From positions 1 through 64,000 of the forward strand of contig CAZUNO010000011.1 in the NCBI GenBank assembly GCA_964621445.1: a stretch of DNA of 64,000 nt. Direction: 5' to 3'. This DNA comes from Candidatus Hadarchaeota archaeon. Its GTDB lineage: Archaea > CAYQAE01 > CAYVLA01. The notes under the pieces are model-generated. The model searched no databases. It was given only the letters and a program-made list of their open reading frames with translations, and had not been told where the DNA came from. Positions 9,396-19,184 of this stretch are shown here, one piece after another. The position numbers and the translations under genes are program-made. Positions within the stretch are counted from its first letter, which is position 1. Each line of letters begins with the position of its first letter.

Positions 9396-12300
9396 CTACT
9401 CGCCGGGGTGGTAGTAGTCAATGGAGTTTATGCTGACCTCGCCCTTCTTTAGGTTCTCTATGGCGCTGATGGATGCCCGGGCCCCGGCCAGGGTGGTTAT
9501 GTAGGGTATCATAAGGTCCACGCTGGCCCTCCGGATCTTGAATCCGTCCCTGGACGCGCTTCCCCCCTTGGTTGGGGTGTTCACGATGAGGTCCAGCTCC
9601 CGGTCCCAGATCATCTCCAGTATCTCCGTGCTCCCCTCGCTGATCTTTCGCACCACCTGGATCGGTATGTCCGGGTGTTTGCTCCAAACGGCCTCCGCGG
9701 TGCCGTCGGTGGCAAGGATCTCGAATCCCAGCCCGTGGAAATCCTGGGCTATGTCAGGGATCTGTTCGTTGTCCTCGCTTCTGACCGATATGAGTATCTT
9801 GCCCGAGCTGGGCAGTTTCATGCCCGCCGAGACCTGTGACTTGTAGAAGGCCCTGCCGAAGTCGCTGTCTATTCCCATGACCTCTCCCGTGGACTTCATC
9901 TCCGGCCCCAGCTTGGGGTCCACGCCGGGCAGCTTTATGAACGGGAACACGGCCTCCTTGACAGAGAAGTGCTTGATATCCTTCCTGCCCACCATGCCCA
10001 GGTCCTTTAAGGTGTACCCGACCATGACCTGGGTGGCGATCTTGGCCAGGGGAACGCCCACCGACTTGGAGACGTAGGGTATGGTTCTCGACGCCCTGGG
10101 ATTGGCCTCCAGGACGTAGACCTGGCCGTCCTTGACCGCGTACTGTATGTTCAGGATGCCCACCACCTCAAGCTCCACGGCGATGGCCCTGGTGTAGTCC
10201 TCGACCTTCTCCAGAACCTCGTCCTCCAGGGACTGGGCGGGTATCACGCAGGCGGAATCGCCCGAGTGAACCCCGGCCTGCTCTATGTGCTCCATGATGG
10301 CCCCTATGAACACCTCCTCGCCGTCGGAGACGGCGTCCACGTCGAGCTCGATGGCGTTGTCCAGGAAGCGGTCGATGAGTATGGGGTGCTGGGGGGATAC
10401 GGAGACCGCCTCGTCTATGTACTCCTTCATTTCCTCCTCGTCATGCACGATCTCCATGGCTCGTCCCCCGAGCACGAAGCTGGGCCTGACCAGCACCGGG
10501 AAGCCGATCTCCATGGCTATTTTCATGGCCTCATCCCTCTTCATGGCGGTGCCGTAGGGGGCCTGGGGGATCTCCAGCTTGTTGAGTATCTCGGTGAACT
10601 TCTCCCGGTCCTCTGCCTTGTCTATGCTCTCCGGAGGGGTGCCCAGGATGTTAACCCCGGCCCGGGCCAGCTTGCCGGCCAGGTTGATGGGGGTTTGTCC
10701 GCCGAACTGAACGATGACTCCCCAGGGTTCCTCCCTGTCGATGACGTTCATCACGTCCTCGAAGGTCAGGGGCTCGAAGAACAGCTTGTCGGATATGTCG
10801 AAGTCGGTTGAGACCGTCTCCGGGTTATTGTTGATGACGATTGACTCGTAGCCCTCCTCCTCCAGGGTCATCACCGAGTGAACTGTGCAGTAATCGAACT
10901 CTATGCCCTGCCCTATCCTGATGGGCCCGCCCCCGATTATGGCCACCTTCTCCTTTTCGGAATCCGAGTGGAGCGCCTGGTCGGAACGGGGTTCGTAGGT
11001 GGAGTAGTAGTATGGCGTCCGGGCCTTGAACTCGGCGGCGCAGGTATCCACCATCTTGTAGGAGGGGGTCACTCCCTTTCTCTTCCTGGACCTTCTCTGC
11101 TCGAACTCATCGCTGTCCACGGCGTGGGCTATCTGCACGTCAGAGAAGCCCTTGCGCTTGGCCTCCCGGAGGAGCTTCTCGGGGACATCGCCCTTCTCCT
11201 CGCACATCCCAAGCCTGCGCTCGATGGACAGCAGGTCGTGCAGCTTGTCCAGGAACCAGGGGTCTATGCCGGTCAGGTCGTGGACCTCGTCCACGGTCAT
11301 CCCCCTGCGGAACGCCTCGTGTATGTAGAATATTCGCTGGTCGGTGGGCTCGGTTAGCTCGGTGACCAGCTCCTTCTTGGAGACCCGGGAGAACGCCTCC
11401 TGCTTGGGGTCGCAGCCGAAGCCGTACCTCCCGATGTCCAGGCTCCGTATGGCCTTCTGTATGGCCTCCTCGAAGGTCCTGGCCAGGCTCATGGCCTCCC
11501 CCGTGCCCTTCATCTGGGTTCCTATCCTGGTATCCGCGGTCCTGAACTTGTCGAAGGGCCACCGGGGTATCTTTGCCGCGATGTAGTCCAGGGTTGGCTC
11601 GAAGCTTGCCGGGGTCTCCTTGGTCACCCGGTTGGGTATCTCGTCCAGGGTCATGCCCACAGCGATCTTGGCCGATATTCTGGCTATGGGATAGCCGGTG
11701 GCCTTGGAAGCCAGCGCCGAGCTGCGGGAGACCCTGGGGTTGACCTCGATAACGTAGTAATCCCCGGTCTTGTTGGAGAAGGCGAACTGTATGTTACATC
11801 CCCCGTGAACCTTGAGGGCCCTGATTATCTTGAGCGAGGCCGTCCTCAGCCTCTGGTGGTCAACGTCGCTGAGGGTCTGCAGGGGGGCCACCACTATACT
11901 GTCCCCGGTGTGTATCCCCATGGGGTCGAAGTTCTCCATGGAGCACACTATGTTGCAGTTGTCATCGGCGTCCCTCATGACCTCGTACTCCATTTCCTGC
12001 CAGCCCTTGACCGACCTCTCGATCAGGACCTGCTTGGCTATGCTGGACTGAAGGCCACGTTCCACTACCTTTCTGAGCTCGGTATCGTTATCCGCCATGC
12101 CTCCCCCCGTTCCTCCCAGGGTGTAGGCGGGGCGGATGATCACCGGGTACCCGATATCCTGGGCGGTGTAGAGGGCCTCGTCCACGGTGCTCACCGCCCT
12201 GCTCTCGGGTATGGCCTCGCCTATCTTCAACATGAGGTCCCTGAACTTCTCCCGGTCCTCCGCGGTCTGTATGGTCTCCAGTGGGGTTCCCAGGAGCTCC

Positions 12301-12658
12301 ACGTTGTTCTCCTCCAGGACCCCCAGGGTACCGAGCTGGGCGGCTAGGTTTAGACCGGTCTGGCCACCGATGGTAGGCAGTAAACCGTCAGGTTTTTCCT
12401 TCTCGATTATGCCTGATACGATATCGGGGACCAGGGGCTCTATGTACACCTTGTCGGCCATCCCGGTGTCAGTCATGATGGTCGCCGGGTTGGAGTTGAC
12501 TAGAATTACCTCGTAGCCCTCTTCTCTAAGGGACCAACAAGCCTGTGATCCGGAGTAGTCGATTCCGAGGGCCTTGAGCCCTATTCGGCGGCTTGTCCGA
12601 TCACGATCGGTCCCGATCCTATGACCATTATCCTGTGGATGTCATCTCTTTTGGGCAC
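9396..12658 (-). CDS. carB: Carbamoyl-phosphate synthase large subunit, two exons (12658-12583 and 12562-9396), 1080 aa after splicing
   Basis: Exon 1 reads MPKRDDIHRIMVIGSGPIVIGQAAE from a GTG with upstream GGAGG; joined to exon 2 it gives F-DYSGSQAC...VNSNPATIMTD; duplicated ATP-grasp domains and a C-terminal MGS domain follow. Confidence 0.95.
12563..12582 (-). other. 20-nt archaeal bulge-helix-bulge (BHB) intron within carB mRNA
   Basis: mRNA CCGA-AU^A-GGGC-UCAAG-GCCC-UCGG-AA^U: 4-bp central helix CCGA/UCGG and two 3-nt bulges; cutting after the 2nd bulge nucleotide restores GAA-UUC-GAC (E-F-D). Confidence 0.88.
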
Positions 12659-12826
12659 CTGTCTCCTTCCTCCATGGAGTTTCACCTTTACTGGTGGTGA
12701 TTCAACCACATGGTTAGGGGTTAGAATAAAAATATGGCCATCAGGGCTTTTTGGCTCGGCAATTGACAATGAGGGGGGTGAATTAACGCTTTTATTGCCC
12801 AGACCGAATGTGGGCCGAGGTCTGGA

Positions 12827-12997
12827 ATGGAGGTCACTGCTAAATGTCCCTACTGCGGCAGATTGAGCACTTACCGGGTTAAGCCCAACGTGCGGAGGCT
12901 GGTCTCCTGTACCTGCGGTAAGGGGAGTTTCTACCTCAAGAGGGTGGATCGCATCGAAGTACTTGAGAGTACCGGGAATAATGGAGGGGTCGGATGA
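12827..12997 (+). CDS. Small zinc-finger protein (56 aa), not in ORF track
   Basis: MEVTAKCPYCGRLSTYRVKPNVRRLVSCTCGKGSFYLK...; CPxCG plus CxCG pair; GAGGT upstream. Confidence 0.7.
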   Translation: MEVTAKCPYCGRLSTYRVKPNVRRLVSCTCGKGSFYLKRVDRIEVLESTGNNGGVG

Positions 12998-13027
12998 ACC
13001 GGCTCCCCAACGGTTGCAGTGAGCTCG

Positions 13028-13580
13028 ATGAGGTTTCATGGATGGTGGCGGGAGTTCTGCCTGGGTCTGCTTCTGGTCCTGGCCTATACCGCGGTGAACC
13101 TGGCGTCCAGGGACCGGCGCCAGGTGGCCATGGAACACTCCCGGGACCTGATCCGTCTGGAGCAGAGGGCGGGATATTCGCTGAGCCCGGTTCAGGAACG
13201 TTTTCATCCTGTTCTCCCTAGCCTGCTTCCTGGTTTTCCTGCTGTATCCCTGGGCCTCTCCCCGGCTGATGGAGGGCTACGGGTTCGTGGACCTGTTGGA
13301 GCTGAGTTCGCCCCTGAGCTAGGGGACCGAGGGCCTCAGCCAGGCCCCAAACCCCTACGCCTCCATGCCCAGCGTCGCGCTCTTTGACGGCCTCATCTTC
13401 CGGGTGGCGGCCTTGTCCTACCCGGTGCTCATGCTGGTCTCCATCATACTGTCCGCCAACCACCTTTTCGTGGACTGTGCGGCCTCATTTGCGCTCCTGG
13501 TGCCCCTTGCTCACCTGGAGTCCAGGGACCTGACGAGATATTTAAAATGCCGCATCCAGAGGGCATTAGTAAAGCCGTAA
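13028..13580 (+). pseudogene. Decayed PAP2-superfamily (inositolphosphorylceramide synthase / PAP2_3-like) membrane protein
   Basis: Family-like pieces lie in different frames (LIRLEQRAG, LLYPWASPRLMEGYGFVD, NPYASMPS, SANHLFVD), with frameshifts, an in-frame TAG at 13320-13322 and loss of the MPS-LH histidine. Confidence 0.65.
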
Positions 13581-13590
13581 GGGCGATGAA

Positions 13591-14754
13591 TTGAGATTTC
13601 ACACTGCGGACGATGAGGAGATAAGGGCTGGAGGAACCGCGGACATATACTTCCAGCGTACGGTGCGCATAATAGAGGAAAAGAACTGGGACCGGCCGGT
13701 GGTGGCCGAGGTCACCGCCAGTTCCCTGCCCCCCGGGTGGTCATGGGCCCTGCTGGGGGGCATGGAGGAGGTCGCCCACCTCTTCGAGGGCCGGGGCCTG
13801 GACGTCCTGGCCATGCCCGAGGGCAGCATCCTGCACCCCTTCGAGCCGGTGATCAGGATAGAGGGGATGTACTCCGAGTTCTGCGAGCTGGAGACCCCCC
13901 TCCTGGGCCTGGTGTGCCAGCCCTCGGGTATCGCCACCGCCTCGGCCAGGTGCAAGCTGGCCGCCTCCTTCAAGCCGGTATACAGCTTCGGGATCCGCAG
14001 AATGCACCCCGCAATCTCCCCCATGATCGACAGGGCGGCCTACATAGGGGGTGCCGATGGCATATCGGGTCTTTCCGGGGGCAGGCTCATGGACATTGAC
14101 CCCGTGGGGACCATACCCCACGCCCTGATAATACTGGTCGGGGACCGGAAGAGGGCCTGGCGGGCCTTCGACGAGATAATTGACGAGAAGGTGCCGCGAA
14201 TAATGCTCGTGGACACCTTCTCGGATGAGGTCGTTGAGTCCCTGGCCGCGGCCCAGGCCCTGGGCCAGAAGCTGGCCGCGGTCCGGCTGGACACCCCCTC
14301 AAGCAGAAGGGGGGACATGAAAAGCATAATCCGGGAGGTGCGCTGGAAGCTGGACGCCGAGGGTTTTCCCTCGACCAGGATATTCGTTTCCGGCGGGCTG
14401 AACGAGGACTCACTGGCCGAGCTCTCCCACGTGGCCGATGCCTTCGGGGTGGGAACGTCCATTAGCTCCTCCAGGACCGTCGATTTCGCCCTGGACATAG
14501 TGGAGGTGGAGGGAGAGCCCGTTGCCAAGAGGGGGAAGCTGTCTGGGGCCAAGAACGTCTTCCAGTGCCCGGGCTGTTTCAATAGGGAGGTAACCCTGGA
14601 GAAGGAGGCCCCCACCTGCACCTGTGGCCGCAAGATGGAGAATCTACTAGCTCCCCTGGTTACGGGAGGAAAGGTGGCCGACCTGCCCGGGCCGGAAGAG
14701 ATAAGGCAGAAGGTAATCGAGAGTTTGAAGGAAAGGAAACTCGGTCTAGGATAA
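13591..14754 (+). CDS. pncB: Nicotinate phosphoribosyltransferase
   Basis: [41 protein letters not shown] and FGVGT motifs; C-terminal zinc ribbon. Confidence 0.93.
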   Translation: MRFHTADDEEIRAGGTADIYFQRTVRIIEEKNWDRPVVAEVTASSLPPGWSWALLGGMEEVAHLFEGRGLDVLAMPEGSILHPFEPVIRIEGMYSEFCELETPLLGLVCQPSGIATASARCKLAASFKPVYSFGIRRMHPAISPMIDRAAYIGGADGISGLSGGRLMDIDPVGTIPHALIILVGDRKRAWRAFDEIIDEKVPRIMLVDTFSDEVVESLAAAQALGQKLAAVRLDTPSSRRGDMKSIIREVRWKLDAEGFPSTRIFVSGGLNEDSLAELSHVADAFGVGTSISSSRTVDFALDIVEVEGEPVAKRGKLSGAKNVFQCPGCFNREVTLEKEAPTCTCGRKMENLLAPLVTGGKVADLPGPEEIRQKVIESLKERKLGLG

Positions 14755-14768
14755 TTGGAAGTGAGAAA

Positions 14769-16079
14769 GTGGAAACATCGATAGTTAGCGTAAAGGCCAG
14801 AGAGATACTGGATTCCAGGGGCAACCCCACGGTCGAGGTGGACCTGGAAACCGAGAAGGGCTTCGGCCGGGCGGCCGTGCCCTCCGGGGCCAGCACCGGG
14901 GAACACGAGGCCCTGGAGCTAAGGGACCAGGACCCCCAGAGGTTCAACGGCAAGGGCGTGCTCAAGGCGGTCTCCTCGGTCAACGAGGTCATAGCGCCCG
15001 CAGTGGTGGGCATGGACGTTGCCGACCAGGAGAGCATTGATAGGGAGATGATAGATCTGGACTCGACCGAGAACAAGGGGAACCTGGGGGCCAACGCCAT
15101 CCTGGGAGTCTCCCTGGCCGCCTGCCATGCCGCCGCCGACACCCTGGACGTGCCCCTGTACGAGCACCTGGGCACTATGGCCTTCGGGAGAAGGTCGGAA
15201 AAGTACCTCATGCCCCTGCCCATGTCCAACGTGGTGAACGCCGGGAAGCACGGCGGGGGAGAGCTCGAGCTTCAGGAGTTCATGATACAGCCGGTGGGGG
15301 CCGGCAGTTTTGGGGAGGGTATCAGGTGGATCGCCGAGATATACCACCAGCTGCGCCAGGTCCTGGTCTCCAAGTACGGGGAGTCCATGAAGAACGTTGG
15401 CGACGAGGGAGGGTTCTCGGGACCAATAGATCACGTCGAGGACGTCCTTGATGCCCTGATATCGGCCACCGAGAACGCCGGTTACCAGCCCGGGAAGGAG
15501 GTCTCCATAGCCTTGGACCCAGCGGCCAGCGAGTTCTACTCCGACGGCACATACACCGTGGAGGGCAAGCCCCACAGCTCCCAGGAGCTTGCCGATTTCT
15601 TCGTGGACCTGGTTGACAGCTACCCCATATACTCGATCGAGGACGCCATGGCCGAGGACGACTGGGAGGGATTCAGGGACCTCACGGAAAGACTGGGGAA
15701 CAAGATCCAGATAGTGGGCGATGACCTGTTCGTGACCAACACCAAAAGGCTGAAGCGGGGCATAGAGATGGGTGCCTGCAACGCCCTGCTGCTCAAGGTA
15801 AACCAGATAGGAACCCTGTGGGAGGCCATGGAGTCCGCCAAGATGTGTATGGACAACGACTACGGGGTGGTCATAAGCCACAGGAGCGGGGAGACCGAGG
15901 ATACCACCATCGCCGACCTGGCGGTGGGCCTGAACGCGGGGCAGATAAAGACCGGCGCCCCCTGCAGGTCGGAGCGCAATGCCAAGTACAACCAGCTGAT
16001 CAGGATAGAGGAGGAGCTGGGGGACAGCGCGTTCTACGCGGACGGTGACTTCAGGACCGGTTACCTGAAGTTCATCTAG
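14769..16079 (+). CDS. eno: Enolase
   Basis: [37 protein letters not shown] and SHRSGETED motifs. Confidence 0.98.
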   Translation: METSIVSVKAREILDSRGNPTVEVDLETEKGFGRAAVPSGASTGEHEALELRDQDPQRFNGKGVLKAVSSVNEVIAPAVVGMDVADQESIDREMIDLDSTENKGNLGANAILGVSLAACHAAADTLDVPLYEHLGTMAFGRRSEKYLMPLPMSNVVNAGKHGGGELELQEFMIQPVGAGSFGEGIRWIAEIYHQLRQVLVSKYGESMKNVGDEGGFSGPIDHVEDVLDALISATENAGYQPGKEVSIALDPAASEFYSDGTYTVEGKPHSSQELADFFVDLVDSYPIYSIEDAMAEDDWEGFRDLTERLGNKIQIVGDDLFVTNTKRLKRGIEMGACNALLLKVNQIGTLWEAMESAKMCMDNDYGVVISHRSGETEDTTIADLAVGLNAGQIKTGAPCRSERNAKYNQLIRIEEELGDSAFYADGDFRTGYLKFI

Positions 16080-16794
16080 TCCCATTTCGGCCTGTAGACC
16101 AGGGAGGCCACCAATATTCCCAGCTCGTAGAGCACGTACATGGGTATGGACACTATTATCTGGCTCACCATGGTGGGATCGGGGGTTATCACCGCGGCCA
16201 CCACCAGGATTCCGATGACCGCCAGCGGCCTGTTCTTTTTCAGAAATCCCGGCGAGACGATGCCCAGCCTGGCCAGCATGGCGGCTATGAGGGGGTACTC
16301 GAACACCGAACCGAAGACCAGTAGCATGAGGAAGATGAGGAGATGGTCTTGTCGACGGCCCACATGTTCTCGATCAGGGTCTCGTCGAACATGGTGCGGA
16401 GGAAGTCCATGGTGAAGGGGACCATGATCAGGTAGCCGAAGCCCAGTCCCAGGAGGAAGAGGACGGTGGCCGGGGGGATCAGCATGATCACCAGCTTCTT
16501 CTCGCTTGGTTTCAGGGCGGGGACCACGAAGGAGAAGAACTCGTAGGCCAGCACCGGGAGGGCGATGACCATCCCCACCACCAGGGAGATCTTCATCCTG
16601 GCCAGCGCCGCTGCCAGGGGGGTCAGAGCCTTCAGTCTCATCCCCCCCAGCACGTCATTCTCCATGGTGAGCAGGATGCGCTCGACCAGAAATATCCAGC
16701 CGATGCCGAACCCTGCCCCCACCGCCACCAGGGAGACCACGAGACGGCGCCTGAGTTCCTCCAGGTGATCGAAAAAGGACATTTCACCGCTCAT
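16076..16794 (-). CDS. tatC: Twin-arginine translocase TatC, split by a single-base frameshift near 16340 (sequencing error or pseudogene)
   Basis: HLEELRRRL and [11 protein letters not shown] in one frame; FGSVFEYP and AAVITPDP...YELG in another; adding one base gives a 239-aa TatC. Confidence 0.85.
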
Positions 16795-16860
16795 CTTCGA
16801 TTTGCCGGATATCCAGAGGACTGGGTCCTTAAATCTGCCACGATTGTGGGGCCCAAGGGC

Positions 16861-17220
16861 TCATTCCTCGCTCTGGTCCTCGGTGGCCGGGGGCTGGTCG
16901 GAGTATATGACCTCCATGATATCGCTTCTAAGACGTTCCCGGTCCTTGCCCTCGGTCTCGATACCCAGCCTGTGGGCCGCCTCCTGGAGGCTGTCCAGGG
17001 GTAGCTTCCTGTGCTCCAGGGCCTCCCGTTCCTGGTCCTGGTCGGGTCGTTTATCCTCCCGCTCCTGGGCCGTGAGCTCGTTCATGAGCTCGTTGCCGGC
17101 GTTCCTGAACCTGGCAACCGCGGTCCCCAGCTGCCTGGCTATCTCCGGGACCTTCCTGGGACCGAATAGAATCACCGCTACCAGTATGACGATGATCTCC
17201 AGCGCCCCTACGACCGGCAA
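16861..17220 (-). CDS. tatA: Twin-arginine translocase TatA/TatB-family subunit
   Basis: GALEIIVILVAVILFGPRKVPEIARQLG motif; adjacent to tatC. Confidence 0.88.
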   Translation of the reverse strand: MPVVGALEIIVILVAVILFGPRKVPEIARQLGTAVARFRNAGNELMNELTAQEREDKRPDQDQEREALEHRKLPLDSLQEAAHRLGIETEGKDRERLRSDIMEVIYSDQPPATEDQSEE

Positions 17221-17285
17221 GGAAAAACCCGTGGTAAGTGGTTTCAAAGGCAAGATAAATCTTTGTGAAATAGCCCTCTACCGAC

Positions 17286-17705
17286 CTAGGTGGACCGGCT
17301 GTCGAAGTACAGGGGAAGAACCATGGAAATCACCAGAACCGATCCTATGGCCAGTATGCCCATTTCCATGCCCTGCAGGAGGCGAAAGAAGTCGTTGACC
17401 TTAACCCCGGAGACCATCCATCCCTGCTCCCCGTATGGACGAACGTTCTCCTCCCCCAGCCTGGACCTGAACAGGTTTCTGGCCCTCCGGTCCCGTACGA
17501 GTATGGTTGTTGAATAGCTGCTCCTCTCGCTGGCGTCGGCAAGTATGAAGGATGCTGGCCGGTCGCCGAAGGTGCTCATGTAGTAGTTTGCCATCATCAC
17601 GTACCCTCCCTTCAGCACTCCGCCCGTGGCACCGATCTGGTAGATTGAAAGCAGGGACATGGTGAAGAACAGAAATACGCATATCCCGGCAACCGTGGTC
17701 CTCAT
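17286..17705 (-). CDS. Hypothetical membrane protein
   Basis: Hydrophobic helices at both termini; lies in the trmI-tat run. Confidence 0.6.
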   Translation of the reverse strand: MRTTVAGICVFLFFTMSLLSIYQIGATGGVLKGGYVMMANYYMSTFGDRPASFILADASERSSYSTTILVRDRRARNLFRSRLGEENVRPYGEQGWMVSGVKVNDFFRLLQGMEMGILAIGSVLVISMVLPLYFDSRST

Positions 17706-17737
17706 CGGGGCAAGAGGGGAGGGCTAGCTCAAAAATG

Positions 17738-18496
17738 TTAATCGGTTTTGGCTCCAATTCCTCTCCTTCCCAGCACCATGTACCCTGTATGCACGGTCTG
17801 AGTGGTCCTGGGTCGGGTTCCTCCCTTCCGGGTTTCGTACTCCCTCTTGACCAGCTCGCACATCTCGGGCTCCATGGCCCCGGTTTCCGTGAGGGCAACC
17901 AGGCAGTCCCTGGCCTCCTCGATGAACGGCGCGTAGGCCACCAGGAAGCCGCCGGGGACCAGGCATCTGAAGGCTGATTCCACGTATTTAGAGGGGCGAG
18001 CCAGGTCGAGGAGGAAGAGGTGGCCGGTGAGGGCCCGGTCCATCTCCGCCAGGTCGGAGTTAACCAGCTCCACGTTCCTGCACCCAAAGCCCTCTATGTT
18101 ATCGGCTGCCGTTCTGTGTATGCTGGGTCTCCTCTCGAAGCTGATCACCCTCCCTGAGGGTCCCACCGCCCTGGAAAGAAATAGGGTCGAGCACCCGCTT
18201 CCCGTGCCCGCCTCCACCGCCGTCTGCCCCTGACGTAAACCGGTCCTGGTTATGATGTAGCCGATGTCCTCGAAGTGAAGGGTTCTGGTGGGCCGGTCCA
18301 TCCTCTCCACGTAATCCCTGAGACTGGGCTCCACCAGGACCGCGGGGTGACCAAGATGGCTCTCTATAGATAGGGGGGTCTCCGGGTCCCGGGGTATCTG
18401 ATATATGCCCAGGTCGGTCTCCAGGCCTCTATCCCCCTGGGTCAGGTACTTCTTTCCCCTGTGGTCGATCAGCAGGAACCTAGTATTCAAAGCCAC
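17738..18496 (-). CDS. trmI: tRNA (adenine-N1)-methyltransferase TrmI/GCD14-like
   Basis: VEAGTGSG SAM motif, GRVISFERR, LLDL..P and HTGY motifs; start estimated. Confidence 0.88.
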   Translation of the reverse strand: MALNTRFLLIDHRGKKYLTQGDRGLETDLGIYQIPRDPETPLSIESHLGHPAVLVEPSLRDYVERMDRPTRTLHFEDIGYIITRTGLRQGQTAVEAGTGSGCSTLFLSRAVGPSGRVISFERRPSIHRTAADNIEGFGCRNVELVNSDLAEMDRALTGHLFLLDLARPSKYVESAFRCLVPGGFLVAYAPFIEEARDCLVALTETGAMEPEMCELVKREYETRKGGTRPRTTQTVHTGYMVLGRRGIGAKTD

Positions 18497-18623
18497 ACCG
18501 TGACCTGTGAGTGATTCCCCTGATATGTAGTTTTCCCCTCCCGTGGGGAAGTTCGGAGATGGCACCGATAACTGCGAAAAGGTTTATTAGATGCACATCT
18601 TTCCTCTGAAACAGAGGATGGTC

Positions 18624-19172
18624 ATGGCAGAAAACGCCAATCCAGCATCGCTGGGACTTATGGGTTTCGGAATGACAACCGTCCTGCTTAACCTTCACAA
18701 CGCCGGCCTCTTCGCCCTGGGCAGCATGATACTGGCCATGGGCGTATTCTACGGTGGACTGGCCCAGGTTATAGCAGGGATCATGGAATTCAGAAACGGT
18801 AACACATTTGGAACGACGGCTTTCACTAGTTACGGACTTTTCTGGTTATCGCTGGTGGGGCTTCTGGTGTTCCCCGAGTTGGGATGGGGACCGGAAGCAG
18901 AGCCCTCGGCGATGGCCGCCTACCTGGCCATGTGGGGGTTCTTCACGGCCTGGATGTTCGTGGGAACCCTGAAGCTGGGGCGGGGGCTGCAGCTGGTCTT
19001 CTTCACCCTGACCATACTTTTCTTCATGTTGGCCGCCGGGGAGTTCATATCATCCTCCCTATTCCATACCATAACCGGTATCGAGGGGATAATATGCGGC
19101 TTCACGGCGATTTACGTGGCCATCGGGGGCCTATGGAACGAATACTATGACCGGATAGTACTCCCGATATAA
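18624..19172 (+). CDS. satP: Acetate uptake transporter (SatP/YaaH, GPR1/FUN34 family)
   Basis: ANPASLGLMGFGMTTVLLNLHN, FYGGLAQ and GNTFGTTAFTSYG motifs. Confidence 0.95.
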   Translation: MAENANPASLGLMGFGMTTVLLNLHNAGLFALGSMILAMGVFYGGLAQVIAGIMEFRNGNTFGTTAFTSYGLFWLSLVGLLVFPELGWGPEAEPSAMAAYLAMWGFFTAWMFVGTLKLGRGLQLVFFTLTILFFMLAAGEFISSSLFHTITGIEGIICGFTAIYVAIGGLWNEYYDRIVLPI

Positions 19173-19184
19173 ATTGGTGAGAAT

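Noticed and set aside
12581-12583. Pyrrolysine or stop read-through at the carB TAG, or carB as a pseudogene
   Set aside because: Read-through would continue out of frame because the insert is 20 nt. The exact BHB geometry and the otherwise intact 1080-aa sequence fit splicing better.
12581-13207. 208-aa minus-strand ORF in the track
   Set aside because: Only its last 25 codons are real (carB exon 1); the rest overlaps the zinc-finger ORF and promoter region.
7733-16085. Long antisense ORFs (e.g. 7733-9019, 14919-16085)
   Set aside because: Shadow frames of gltX and eno caused by high GC at third codon positions.
16340-16372. Possible second BHB intron in tatC (GUC-GACAA-GAC hairpin)
   Set aside because: No 4-bp central helix with two 3-nt bulges, and motif spacing shows one base missing rather than extra sequence.
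18553-18598. Fluoride-riboswitch-like words (GGAGATGGCA...AACTGC) upstream of satP
   Set aside because: The P1 register is wrong, the pseudoknot partner and GCUGAUGA element are missing, and the region reads as a BRE-TATA promoter (GAAAAGGTTTATTA).
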